Source: Pristiophorus japonicus
Lineage: Eukaryota
NCBI RefSeq assembly: GCF_044704955.1
Contig: NC_091978.1
Location: forward strand, 272,428,001-272,492,000
Length of the DNA: 64,000 nucleotides
Direction of reading: 5' to 3'
The translations under genes were made by a program, and so were the position numbers. Of this stretch, positions 11,753 to 24,799 are shown piece after piece. Each line of letters starts with the position of its first letter. Positions within the stretch are counted from its first letter, which is position 1. The notes under the pieces were generated by a model. The model made no database searches. It was not told where the DNA came from and worked only from the letters and a program-made list of their open reading frames with translations.

Positions 11753-14224
11753 ACCAGAATTCCTGATGTTAAAATGAAGCATGCATCCTAAAAATAAACA
11801 AATGGGGCCTTATTTAAGCAGAATTATTGATCTTGCCATGAGAAAGAGCAGAATGTCAAACTAGGTTGCATTATTTAACCTGTAACATCACAAATATAAA
11901 TAAATAACATGTACACAGTTATGTTAATTGACTTTTATTCTCGTTAGATGCCAAAATGCAAAGACACACGGAAACAAACCAAATAGTTTTATTACTGCGA
12001 CAGAGGAATATGTGCAAATAACTTACTTGCTTAAAAGAACATTAAAAGTCAAAGAACTCAGTATATTATCCCAAAGATTTGCAAATTAATATGCCTAAAA
12101 CTGTTCAAAATTAATTTTTTAAAGCATTTTACTGCAGTAAAATTCTCAGTTCACCACCATACAGGTTTTGTCAATCTCACTTAATTTGGTTGAAATTGGT
12201 AGACACACCTGTACATATTTGTTGGAATATAAAATACATGTTGGAATATAACCATATGTTTTAATATGAATCTACGGTTGTGACCACTATATTCCACTCC
12301 CTAACTTTTACCCTTTAATTAGCAACGCAAACATAGAATCACAGTTCTTTAGACCATAGTCAACTGTGGAAACCTTTCTGTCAATTATTCCAGCAGATAG
12401 TCACTGTACAGCAACCTAACAAAGTATGAGATTTTTGATGAAAACGCTTCACAGATGCTTACACGTAGATCTGTGATTAGATAGCATTCAGCTGTTTATT
12501 GTTGATGCCAATCAATCTCTCAAAAGAGCATTGTCCTCCCACTGGACATAGTGAAGAGATGAGCGATTGCAAGAACAGCTTGGAATAGTTCAAGCTCAGT
12601 TCGCAATAATGATGGCAGTACCTAACATAGTGATATCTGTAACACTCATTAATATGTTAACCCTCAGCTATTTAAGGAAATAAATGTCAATAAATTAGAC
12701 CTCAAAGGCTGTTGGACTTCAAAGAAATAATCTCCAACTTGGACTTAAATAATGTATTACACTTTAAAACACCTTGAACCATCCAAAAACATACTTGGAT
12801 ATCAGTAGTGAATGCAAATTAGAATCTTGATTCAACAACCGACAATTGGAAAACTCACTTCAAGCAGCAAAACAGCGTATTATTTATGTAAAGAAGAGTC
12901 TTAATAATGGTACCATAATATATTAAACCAAAATAGCATGATTGAAGTTAGGCTATGAATCCTTCTTAATCTTTTCAGAACTATAATACTAGAGTTTAAA
13001 CATGCAATTTATTATAAAAGGATCCTCTCCGTGAGGATTGCACTGAGTAAACCCTTCAATAATACTATTATTGAAAGGATTATTCAAGAACAGGCATCAT
13101 GATGATGTGCTTACTTTGGAGCTGCAATGCCCTGCAGCACAAACTGGTCTGGTGTGGGTTTATGTTCATAACTCCCCAGACAAATTTTCAATCGGAGCCA
13201 TGCCATCCCACCGAAGAAAGGTAGGAAATTTCTTCCCAAAGATGACAATCAGATGGCCAGCTACCTTGCGTTGCTCTCATGCACCTCAATATGACCAGTT
13301 ATAGAATAGCGGTTGGGCAAGTCTAGAAGCTAATTGACTATTTTCCTTTCGCAGCTGAGAGAATGCAGAGAGATAACAGCAGCCGACTTTCAGTGGTGGA
13401 CATGTCTGCGCAAGTGATTTGTTTACATTGAGATATTTAGGTTTAAGAGTAGAAATTCCTGATAAAGTCTTTCAATAGGAGTGTTTAATTTATTTACAGT
13501 CTACCTTAATTTTACCTTGTTCTTTGGGCCTTGAAAGGAACTGTATTGTCTTTAAAAATTGCCCTACCATTTGAAAACTTTGAGGGGTGAGATATCCAAT
13601 ATTAGTTGGAGTGTGCTGTGTATTTTGTAATCACTATGTTGGACAACTTATAAAACCTATTACAAAAAATACTGACAATATGTGATTATTTCTTTTTGAC
13701 ACCATGGAGATTTAACTTCTCAAGATACATCATTACCAGGAGTGTTGTAACCCATCTTATCAACCATATTGTTGGTCACATCAGCAACACTCCCACCAGG
13801 GCTTGACATTGTTCCTTTTTATTTTTCCTTCTGTAAAGCACTTTCTGGTGTTTTTCTACATTAAATGTGATATAGAAAAGCAAGTTATTGCTTTTGTTTT
13901 AGTTTCAGGATGATCTCACACAAAAGCACAAATAATGTAGGGAATCCCCCTGAAGTAACCTACTCGGGTGAAGTATATTTCCTATTCACAGTTATTTGTA
14001 AAGGTTAACAACTTGTGGCTTTGCTATAGAGGCCCCTGAGACTTTAGCACAGATTTGAAAAATGCATGCTATCGGTGGATCGAAGATAATGTGCCATATT
14101 TGTGAAATCGTCCCTTTTGTTCATTAAGGTTATGTGGCTTCTCTCACAATGACTCAGCAGTTACTTCAGTAATTAGCTGAACCATATAAGACCAGGATGA
14201 TTCCCAGTTCAAACTCTGGTGAGT

Positions 14225-14548
14225 GCCCAGGAGAGACGAGGGCCCAGGGGAAGCACACTGCGATATGTGTGTGCACTAGGTCCGTGCAGCAGAGCTGGTC
14301 TCCAGGAGTCTTGGTTAATCGTTCCCACTGGACCAAGACCAAGCTCTGTCAAGCCCGTGTGGTGGCTAGTGTGCAACGGTCACCACACGTTTAAAAAAAA
14401 AACCACGCACGGGTATCTTCCACCCTTCAAAATGTAATTAGCGACCTGGAATATCAGGTCCTTCATTGAAATACCTGTGAACTCATTCCTTTTTGGTGTG
14501 GAAGCAAGTCATCCTCGATACGAGGGACCACCTAAGAAGTAGTAGTAA
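14225..14548 (+). mobile_element. Bipartite RTE derivative, copy 4
   Basis: Homology to copy 1; contains a remnant ATWNIRS RTE endonuclease start. Confidence 0.85.
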
Positions 14549-16004
14549 TATTAATAAAGGAGGGCGGAGGAGATGGCACCTGAGGTAGCCTTGAGTCATT
14601 TGGCTTGTGCTAGTGTTAAGGAAGACATAAAGATTTGGTAATTGAAGTAATCTCCAGTTAACAGGATTGTGGTAAGAGGATGTATCAAGAATGTAGCAAA
14701 TAAAATAATTGTTCTGAAGTAAAAATACTCTTCAGCACAAGACAGCTCTACAACTAGTAAGTGTATTTTCCTGTTGTGAAACAGTGCCTGTCAGAGTGCA
14801 TAATCACATCATACAGAAACAGCTGCATTCAATTTTTTCACTGATATCAACACTGCAGTCATCCAGCAAAGTATGTGGCACATGGAACTCGGATACTGCC
14901 TTTAAATTCCCTGCCAGTTTATGCTGAAATATTGTTGAAATGAGATGTGCATGAAGATGGATCTTTGAACGGTAATCTTACATCCCTGCAAAAACCCAGA
15001 GTACACTATTAAGCAGTGTTTATATTGCCAAGTTTCCTTCATAATGGAGTCCATATCAGATTCATCTGGTACAATGCGACAATGGAAACAGGTTATATCT
15101 TCTCTGAATAAGTAAAATATGATGCAAGTGATGACTATTTTTAAGCCCTCTCTGTATATGCAATTTCAAGAGCATAGTTAGCATCTGGGGATGCAACCTG
15201 AACACAGAGGTCATCTAAATAGGAAATCTGATAGAAATGATAATGATCACACATCTGTTACATTAATCTACAGAATACATCTTCTATTTCAACAATTTGG
15301 AGAGCTCACTTTCTTTATTTTAATATATACAAAATCTCCTCTTTTAGATCGTCTCATGCTGCTCCAAATGATAGAGCAAACAGGTGTCCTACTCCCAAAA
15401 TACTGCAGCTTTCTAACTGGACCATAAGAGGTGCGCGAGAGGAAGAGCTCCGGATGACTGGGCCCAGGACCTCTGTGCCCTTCACTAATGATCTAGTCAA
15501 AAGATGGAACGCTTCTTTGTGTGGGGGTGTTGGGGGCTAATTGTAAGTGGCAGCGTGAAGTAGAAACTGGTCCCGGAACATGGAGTAAACGGGGGAAGAG
15601 AGAAGTCATTCTCGGGCTGTGTGTGTACAGGTGAACAGTGGAAACAAAGCCAGGCAGTAAGGATGTGGGGAGTTATACAAAGAGCATCTATTGCTGGCAC
15701 CAGGTAAGTACTTGAAGTAATTAAAATAAATATGATGTTTTCTTCACCTGAGGCACAAGGAACAGTGCAGCTAGCTCCTTCTCTCAGACTGTAGGTACAT
15801 TTTCACACACAGAGCGCAAAGACACAGACAATCTCAAACAGCAGAAGTAGTAAGTCCCACACTAATCCCAAAATTCCACAGGCATATTTTCAATCTAACA
15901 TTCAAACGGAGCAAGACAGACAGACGTCGTTTCCATTTCACCCCATCTCAGCACCACTGATGCGTAAATACATAAATCACAGTCAAAATCACACACACTA
16001 TCAG

Positions 16005-16268
16005 ATTGAAAGGCACTGTATCAATCTGTGAGGAAGACAACATTAATAAACTTGCAGAATATTCACGTAATTGGCAAATTAATTTCAATATAGATAAGTG
16101 TGCGGTGTTACATATTGGTAGGAAGAATAAGGAGACCACATACTGCTTGGATAAAAAAAGTCTAAATGGGGTAGAGGATCAAAGGAATCTAGGGATACAG
16201 ATACACAAATCGTGACGAAGGTTAATGAGGCCAAAAAAAAGGATAGAATTGAAAAGCAGGGAAGTTAC
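16005..16268 (+). mobile_element. Old CR1 RT fragment
   Basis: NWQINFNIDKCAVLHIGRKN..DQRNLGIQIH. Confidence 0.8.
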
Positions 16269-16282
16269 CTTAAAGAGAGAAA

Positions 16283-16678
16283 AACTTGGATTTATATAGC
16301 GCCTTTCAAGACCACCGGACATCTCAAAGCGCTTTACAGCCAATTTACGCATAGCAAGCTCCCACAAACAGCAATGAGATAATGACCAGATAATTTATTT
16401 TTGTGATTTTGGTTGTGGGACAAATGTTGGCCCAGACACCGGAGAGATCTTCCAAACTTTTCTCTGAAATAATACCATGGAATATGTGACGTCCACCTGA
16501 GAGCACGTCGGGACCTCGGCTTAACATCTCAGCTGAAAAATGGCACCTCCGACGGTGCTGCACCTCCCTCAGTACTACGCTGAAGTGTCAGTCTGGATTT
16601 TGTACTCAAGTCTCTGGAGTGAACCCACAACATTCTGTTCCAGAGGTGAGAGTGCTACCCACTGAGCCAAGGTGACAC
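16283..16678 (-). mobile_element. tRNA-derived SINE (Deu-domain/SacSINE1-like) with L2-type tail
   Basis: Minus-strand head gtgtcaccttggctcagtgggtagcactctc (box A-like); core gtactgagggaggtgcagcaccgtcggaggtgcc; tail ctgtaaagcgctttgagatgtcc..aaaggcgctatataaat. Confidence 0.8.
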
Positions 16679-17211
16679 TTCCTTGCTCCCTCCCTGTACT
16701 TTTTAATATCTTTCTTCAAATGTTTATCTAATTCCCTATAAAATGCTATGATTGAAGAGATCTGGTCTTTGAAACCAAATCAATATACTGTGAATTATTC
16801 ATAAAATGTCACAAAGTATCTTTAAAAGACAATTATGAATGATCCAATTTGAAATATATTCAAATGCTTGTGGATATTAATATTTAATTTCCAGTTATGT
16901 CATTAATATGAATGTTATTTAAAGCGAACAAGAGAATATGCTGCATCTTTTCTTTGATTACACCTCTGTGAAGTGCCTTGGGACATTTTTTTTATATTAA
17001 ATGTGCCAAATGAAAGCAAGTTGTTGTTTTAATCCATCCTCCAAATTCTAAATAAAACTTATTGAAATCAAAAGCAGAAAATGAAAGGTAAAGTAAAGCA
17101 ATCATATATAGTTTTCTTTTCCCGATTTGTTTTGTATTAGGCTCTAAAATAATGATACAAAAAGAAATAAAATCATAAATGCAAAAACACTGGAATTGTA
17201 CAAGACACTGT

Positions 17212-17988
17212 GGGCTGAAATTACCCTCCGCCCAAAATGGGGTGCACCTACTGTTTTTTTTATGTTTTTCTCTGCGCCAGTTGATGGGATGGAGATACTG
17301 GAGAAATTCAGCAATTAGGTTTTTTTTTCTCCATGGTGCAATGTTCCAGTCGAGTGTGGGGCGGACGTGACCTCGCAGCGGGTCTGCTGCCCCGATCAGT
17401 CATCAGCTCCACACTGACATGACGCGACATCTCTCCCCTTCAGTTAAAGGAGGGCCGCTGCAAACTCTGCAGATATTTTAGTTAAGTCCACTGGACCACC
17501 AGTTAGAGTTTCGGCCGGGCCAGCAGCCTGGCTTACAAGAGGCGGTGCCAGGCTGCCTGTTGGCGGCCCTGCCGAACCATGGGGCATAACTGTCGGGCCG
17601 GCCTCGCAGTCAACCGATAAAAACAATAAGATGCCGGCCGCGGCATTGCGCCCTCCTCTTTAAGAGCGGCCGCGCCGCCATTTCCCATAGAGTACACCAA
17701 CGGGGCACCGGCCAACGGAGGGGCCTCTCCTGCGGGGCAATTTCTGCCAAGGGGCATTTTTGCAAGGGCAATTTCACGAGGGGGTCCCTCCAGTCGGAAA
17801 GGGGTCAGCACGTGCACGCCACAATGGGAAAATGGGCGGAGCGTTCCCGAATATCGCTCCGCTCCTGAGGTAGGGCAATTTCTAAAATGGTGGCCCCTCC
17901 ACGGAGAGTCGCCGGCCATTCCGTGCCGCCCCGGGGCCGCTGCTTTCCAGCGGCCAGAGGCCTCATCAGAAGGAGCAATTTCGGCCCC
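17212..17988. mobile_element. Non-autonomous Harbinger-type MITE
   Basis: TIRs gggctgaaatt / aatttcggcccc; TGT flanks on both sides; GC-rich non-coding body. Confidence 0.75.
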
Positions 17989-18738
17989 TGTTTGTTTAGT
18001 CAGCTTTTTCTTTCATAGCAGTTATAACATTTTAATAGTCTGTGCCAAAAGTCTCAAAAATGCTTGTCACTTTTATAAAGAGATGATAAAATATCCACTT
18101 ATTGTCACTTTACCTGATGATATTTGAATTTTACAATTCAGATAAAACCCTTCTCATACAGTTACATCATCACATGTACACAGCAAAAATAAGAGAGAGA
18201 AGGTATGAAAGCCAACATTCACTATATTCTTTATAGGCATATCTCTCTAAAAGGAGAACTCAGTGAAAACCCAATTTAAAAAAAATTGTTTTAAAAATAA
18301 TCACAAAGCATTTGGAGATTGAATAGGGAGATCTTCTGTGGCAGATTTCTTCGATCACAGATATACTACAGATATGGTCTCAGACTGCTACCGGTAGAAC
18401 ATAACCCTTAGCAAGACAGACTGAAGTTATATTATCATGAGCATCTTGCTGCAAATCACATTGAACTCAGTAACAAAAGATCACTATGCATGTTGCTTGG
18501 AAGCATGCACATACTTGCGTTCCATGGAGAATTAACTTTTAACATCAGGAGAAAATGGGAGTCTTGAGTCCCTGTTTTTTCTTATATTAAAAATACCCAA
18601 GAGTAATCTTACAAAGTCTCTTCGAGGTCCAGTGAACCAGCTCAGCACTTTAAAATATCAAAATCAAAATATGATAGGATTAACTATTGGAGGTTTTCTC
18701 ACTCCTGTTTTAGTACACTTGGAGGCCAGAGCGCTGAT

Positions 18739-20454
18739 ATACTTTGGTTCTGCCTTCACGAAGGAAGACACAAATAACCTTTCGGAAATACTAGGGGACC
18801 GAGGGTCTAGTGAGAAGGAGGAACTGAAGGAAATCCTTATTAGGTGGGAAATTGATGGGATTGAAGGCCAATAAATCCCCAGGGCCTTATAGGCTGCATC
18901 CCAGAGTACTTAAGGAAGTGGCCCTAAAAATAGTGGAGGCATTGGTGATCATTGACCAACAGTCTATCGACTCTGGATTAGCTCCTATGGACTGCAGGGT
19001 AGCTAACGTAACACCACTATTTAAAAAAGGAGAGAGAGAAAACAGGTAATTATAGACCGGTTAGCCTGACATCAGTAGTGGGGAAAATGTTGGAATCAAT
19101 TAGTAAAGATGAAATAGCAGCGCATTTGGAAAGCAGTGACAGGATCGGTCCAAGTTAGCATGGCTTTATGAAAGGGAAATCATGCTTGACAAATCTTCTG
19201 GAAATTTTTTGAGGATGTAACTAGTAGAGTGGACAAGGGAGAACCAGTGGATGTGGTGTATTTGGACTTTCAAAAGGCTTTTGACAAGGTCCCACACAAG
19301 AGATTGGTGTGCAAAATTAAAGCACATGGTATTGGGGGTAATGTACTGACGTGGATAGAGAACTGGTTGGCAGACAGGAAGCAGAGAGTCAGCATAAATG
19401 GGTCCCTTTCAGAATGGCAGGCAGTGACTAGTGGGGTGCCGCAGGGCTCAGTGCTGGGACCCCAGCTCTTTAAAATATACATTAATGATTTAGATGAAAG
19501 AATTGAGTGTAATATCTCCAAGTTTGCAGATGACACTAAACTGGGTGGCGGTGTGAGCTGTGAGGAGGATGCTAAGAGGCTGTAGGGTGACTTGGACAGG
19601 TTAGGTGAATGGGCAAATGCATGGCAGATGCAGTATAATGTGGATAAATGTGAGGTTATCCATTTTGGGGGCAAAAACACAAAGGTAGAATATTATCTGA
19701 ATGGCAGCAGATTAGGAAAAGGGGAGGTGCAACGAGACCTGGGTGTCATGGTTCATCAGTCATTGAAAGTTGGCATGCAGGTACAGCAGGTGGTGAAGAA
19801 GGCAAATGGTATGTTGGCCTTCATAGCTAGAGGATTTGAGTATAGGAGCAGGGGGGGTCTTACTGCAGTTGTACAGGGCCTTGGTGAGGCCTCACGTGGA
19901 ATAGTGTGTTCAGTTTTGGTCTCCTAATCTGAGGAAGGACGTTCTTGCTATTGAGGGAGCGCAGCGAAGGTTCACCAGGATGATTCCCAGGATGGCAGGA
20001 CTGACATATGAGGAGAGACTGGATCTACTGGGCCTGTAGTCACTGGAGTTTAGATAAATGAGAGGGGATCTCATAGAAACATAAAATTCTGACGGGACTG
20101 GACAGATTAGATGCAGGAAGAATGTTTCCGATGTTGGGGGAAGTCCAGAACCAGGGGACACAGTCTAAGGATAAGGGGTAAGCCATTTAAGACTGAGATG
20201 AGGAGAAACTTCTTCACTCAGAGAGTTGTTAACCTGTGGAATTCCCTACCGCAGAGAGTTGTTGATGCCAGTTCATTGGATATTGGATTCAAGAGGGAGT
20301 TAGATGTGGCCCTTACGGCTAAAGGGATCAAGGGGTATGGAGAGAAAGCAGGAAAGGGGTACTGAGGTGAATGATCTGCCATGATCTTATTGAATGGTGG
20401 TGCAGGCTCTTCGGGCCGAATGGCCTACTCCTGCACCTATTTTCTATGTTTCTA
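18739..20454 (+). mobile_element. CR1 LINE (RT domain to tail), decayed
   Basis: [37 protein letters not shown] motifs; TTCTATGT tail. Confidence 0.95.
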
Positions 20455-20545
20455 TTGCAATTTTCATTTTCATATACACCTAAAACTGCCTTGCATCAAC
20501 ATGAAAGTGGCAATTAATCTCAGTTGGCCAATCAAACTTAAAAAA

Positions 20546-21936
20546 AGAGGGGTAGAGTTTCCACTAGATTGCACTGTTTTTTTCAGCACAATTCACCCGA
20601 AATCGGCCAAACCAGTGTAAAAGATTGAGGAATTTCAAGCGCATGTTATATCCAGCACAAACTGAGTTCCATGATTTTTTATGTTGGTTTCAAAAACATT
20701 GGCCCTGAAATTCCAGCCTTCCCGGGTCCGTATGGAACTGGGAAGCCACCGCAAAAGCTCGTTTTCCAATCCGTCAAGTTTCTGGCTTGACAGATCGCAC
20801 GCATCTTCGGGAGAAGGACATTCCCACGGCAGAGATTGGGCTATTTGCCCATCTCTTGTCCTGCGAATGTCCTTAAAACTCTTGCACCTGGTAAAAGCAG
20901 GCTCATATGCTGGTAAAAGTAGGCTAAGAGTTTTAAAACATATAAAAATAAAATTTAAAAATACACATATTATGTTTAAAAACCCTGCCCACTCAAGTAA
21001 TTTTATTTTAAAGTATAATTAAAACTTTTAAGTAAAAAATCAGTGAATATTTTTTTTCAATAACATTTCTATCAACTTTAATTTCTATAATGTATTTATG
21101 TGAGATGTTTTTGTTTATTTTTTATGTAGTGTTTGGGTGTTTGGGAGTGTTTCTCATTCAATGTAATAGGAGTTTCGGACTTACAAAACTCCTATTACTA
21201 TGAATGAATATACTTTACTGTGATTGGGTGTCGAGGCTCACGTGACTACTACAGATGTCCCACATGAACGCGTTCCGTTGCACAAGAGGAGGCCTCGAGT
21301 TCGGAATCTCTGGTGAGCGTTTGACCAAAAGGTAAGTGCGCATCTTTTCTCCTATTTTTAGTCGAACGCTCGCGGGAAGAAACAACTGGGATTTCAGGGC
21401 CATTGTGCTGGAAGCTGGACCCGCCCACAAATTTGGCCACACTCCCGATCGAATTAATGAATATGGCGAAGTTCTGCCAATTGCAGTCCTTCGAGGAGGC
21501 GCTTCAAATTAAGCCTTCTTTTTAGGCGCAAATCCACTAGTAGGCATGTTTTAAAAGTTTTTAAATATTAAAAAATACTTTAATTTACTAAGAGACTGAC
21601 TAGTGTACACTAAGGAAATCCGGTTACTCACAGGTGTTAGATTTGACACTCTTCTTACAAATGCTTATTTTTTGTAATAATGCCATTTTCAGCTGTATTA
21701 ATAAAACTGAACTGCTTACCGCTTATAATACATCAAGGAATATTGTTTAATAAAAGGGGAAAAAGAAACAATTATGTTCTAAAACGCTGTCTGATTGCAC
21801 TGGTTCATGGAAGATTATGCAAATGACTTTGAGCAGAAACTTGAATCATAACTTCCCTTCAGAAAACCAACGCAATTTTATGCACAATTTGCGCCCAGAT
21901 TGCTGATTGCGCTCAAAGCAAAAACTCTACCCCTCT
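20546..21936. mobile_element. TIR element (Harbinger-type) hosting a nested MITE
   Basis: 15-bp inverted repeat agaggggtagagttt / aaactctacccctct. Confidence 0.7.
20701..21401. mobile_element. Harbinger MITE with 3-bp TSD (ATT)
   Basis: TIR ggccctgaaattccag / ctgggatttcagggcc; ATT at 20698-20700 and 21402-21404; same family as 27531-28284 (inverted). Confidence 0.88.
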
Positions 21937-22726
21937 GAACCTATACTTCTGAATTAACATTCTCCTGTCTTGGATGTATCAGATTATAGATATGCAAAGA
22001 TGTCATGTAACTAATACACCATCTTTGTAACAGCAGTATTAATTCTTAATGTGGTGTGAAAGAGAGGGATTTATTTAGCAGACACATGATAAAGCTGAGC
22101 TCGTGTTAGATGTGTCAACGTCTAAAAGTAGTCACTGTGCATATTGTATTGCTACGTTCCTATCTATATTTAGATTTAATCAAACTTTCACAGTGGTCTC
22201 GATGGTCACTCAAAGAATTACTAATATGCATTTTAATAGGGAAACAAACTGCAGGGTGGGGCCCAAAGAGAGTGCAATGTAACGCACACCCACACATAAT
22301 CCTAGACATGCTGCTGGTGTGATTTGCAACTGGTCCTTCGCGGGACTGTAACAAACGAAATTGACTTTTTTTTGAAGTGCAACAAACCTGAAAACACGTC
22401 AATTTGCTTCAGTATCCTGTGCGCTTTAGTTACCTAAAGTACACCTCAGTATTTCCAGTAACTACATTGTAAGTTCGCATGACTCCAACCATTAAAATGT
22501 CTCAGACCATTACAATTTTTACTGTAAAAAAATATTTGCCAAACGAATCACTTGTTTTATAAAATGTGATTGCATTAACAGTAGTTGAAGTATATATTCA
22601 TGTTAGTCCACTGCCATTGACGCCAATACTATTGCAGTACAGCCACGTCTATTAACATTAAACCTACACTATCCGTAAAATAAAAATCGCATTAAATAAT
22701 TGTATTTAATAAAGCATTCTACTCAC

Positions 22727-22739
22727 CGCTAGTGCTCAT
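22727..22739 (-). CDS. Candidate first coding mini-exon (Met-Ser-Thr-Ser + phase-1 intron) of an unidentified gene
   Basis: Minus strand gaaATGAGCACTAGCG|gtgagt, downstream of the CpG island. Confidence 0.4.
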
Positions 22740-22984
22740 TTCGATCCGATGTATTGAGATCGCAAATAGACTCAACGAATCTAATACTTATAAGCTTAAC
22801 CCTGCGGATAGGGGTGTTGCACACAAATCAACCTGTTGTTATTCAATGCGCAAAAATAACATGCGCATGTATGTTTTAAAAAACAGCGTTTGAAAATAGG
22901 TTCTAATTAAAACTGTTCGCCTAACCAATACAGATAAATATCGGAGCAGTACTTTTGTCTGTTTTTTATGCAATACAACTGCTT

Positions 22985-23300
22985 CTCCTTGGTTGCGATT
23001 TGTCGCCCTGCAGCAGCAGCCGGTGAGTGATGAGCGCGAGCCGCTGTCAGTCAGTGAAATGCGGCTCTGGTCCTCACGCTCTCCTCCCTGTCTCTGTCTC
23101 TGTCCCTGAGCGCGAGCCGCAGCTACCGCCGCAGCGCCAGCTCAGCGCGCGCCCTCCCACCCACACACGCGCAGCCGCGCGCACGCACGCAGCGGCGACA
23201 GCTGCTCACGCGCCACGTCGGGAGGTGGAGTCGCGCGCGATGTCAAGCGAACCGAGGAATGACTGGAGGCCGTTGTTTACACAGTCAGAGCTGTAGAACT
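22985..23300. promoter_or_regulatory. CpG island, probable host-gene promoter
   Basis: Non-repetitive, very CpG-dense stretch (gcgcgcgc, cgcgcgcacgcacg) in a CpG-depleted background; CpG still elevated down to ~22720. Confidence 0.75.
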
Positions 23301-23356
23301 AGATATCGGGAGCTAATATAAAGGGAGAGGAAAGAAATGTTTATATGCGTTTAAGT

Positions 23357-23770
23357 ATCATCATCGGCAGTCCCTCAAAGCGAGGACCATTTGCTTCCAC
23401 GCCAAAAAGGGATGAGTTCACAGCCGTTTCAATGAAGGACCTAAAATTCCAGGTCCAGAAGTACAACTTGGAGGGTGGAAGATGCCTGTGCTTGGATTTT
23501 TTTTAACGTGTGGTGGCCGTTGCACACAAGCCACCACACGGGCCTGACAGAGCTAGGCCTTGGTCCAGTGGCAAGGATTATCCAAGACGACTGGAGACCA
23601 ACTCTGCTGCACAGGCCTAGTGCGCACACATATCGCAGAGTGGGCTGGCTCGTGCCGCCCCTGGGTCCTCACCTCTTCTCGGCCCCAGACTCACGCCTCT
23701 CCTGGGCCCCGGTCACATCCTTCTACAAACTCTTGCCGCTCCTTCACCCCTCCTGCTGTGCCTGTCTGCA
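23357..23770 (-). mobile_element. Bipartite RTE derivative, copy 5
   Basis: Reverse complement of copy 1 including tail (tcatcatcggcagtccctc). Confidence 0.85.
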
Positions 23771-24199
23771 TACAGATGGATGCACACAGACAATATATAT
23801 AGTGGCCATATTATACCGCCTTTGAAATACACCGCCAAGTTCAGGATTTCCGTGTGTGCTGAATCCCGAACTTGCTTAATTAAAACCTATTTTCAAACGC
23901 TGTTTTTTAAAACATTATATATGCACATGTATAATGTACGCCTTGACAGATTAGCCAGCCACACTGCCTTGGAACTCCAGACAAAACTCTTACAGTTACT
24001 GAAAGCAATCATAGGAGCCTGTTTCACATCGTAAAAGAAGATCTCCAATTGAAAATTCACCACTTTACAATTCCCCGATACCAAGACAAACACCGTTTAC
24101 AATCTTATCAATCGATTTGATTGGAGAATAATTATAAAAACAGAAAATGCTGCAAATACTCAGCAACTCAGGCAGCATTTGTGGAGAGAGAATCAGAGG

Positions 24200-24720
24200 C
24201 CCTGAATTCGCAGCCCCAATAGGGAAAACGAACTCCAACGGTAATCTCCTCCTGACGAAATGCTTAGAACATGGCTGTGTCATAACCAACACCTTGTTCC
24301 GTCAGAAAGACAAGTACAAGTCTTCATGGCAACACCCTCGATCCAAGCACTGGCATCTGCTAGACTACGTCATCGTCCAAGCGAGGGACTGCAAGAATGT
24401 GCCCATCACCTGTGCCATGACAGGAGCTGACGACTGCTGGATGGACCACCACCTAATCCGCTCGGTCCATCAATGTTGCTCAAAAATAGAGGCGGCAACA
24501 GAAACAGAGTGCTGGAGCACTCAAAGAAAGCGCTATTCAGCCAGCACCTCACTAACAACCTGGCGACTCACAGTGATCCAGAGACACAGGGTGCTCACAG
24601 CGCCTGGTCTGCCCTCAAGGCCTCCATATTTAAGATCTGAGAGGAGACGTTTGGTCACTCGACCAGGAAACACCAAGACTGGTTCGTCGAGAACAACCAG
24701 GAGATCCAGGAGTTAATAAG
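24200..24720 (+). mobile_element. RTE (BovB-like) LINE endonuclease fragment
   Basis: GKTNSNGNLLL..ITNTLFRQKDKYKSSWQHPRSKHWHLLDYVIV..DCWMDHHLI. Confidence 0.9.
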
Positions 24721-24726
24721 CTGAAA

Positions 24727-24785
24727 GCACATAGAAACATAGAAAATAGGTGCAGGGATAGGCCATTCGACCCTTCGAGCCTGAG
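24727..24785 (-). mobile_element. CR1 3' tail fragment
   Basis: catagaaacatagaaaataggtgcagg..ggccattcg. Confidence 0.8.
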
Positions 24786-24799
24786 CTTGAGGCTGCCCT

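Noticed and set aside
13170-13420. Possible plus-strand exons (AG..GT pairs), also ~15430-15704
   Set aside because: No recognisable protein similarity and weak splice context.
23027-23296. 89-aa ORF in the CpG island
   Set aside because: Low-complexity GC-rich frame typical of promoter/5'UTR sequence.
24135-24195. Short aaaacagaaaatgctg..cagcatttgtggagag repeat relic
   Set aside because: Probably a Penelope-type or SINE end but too short to classify.
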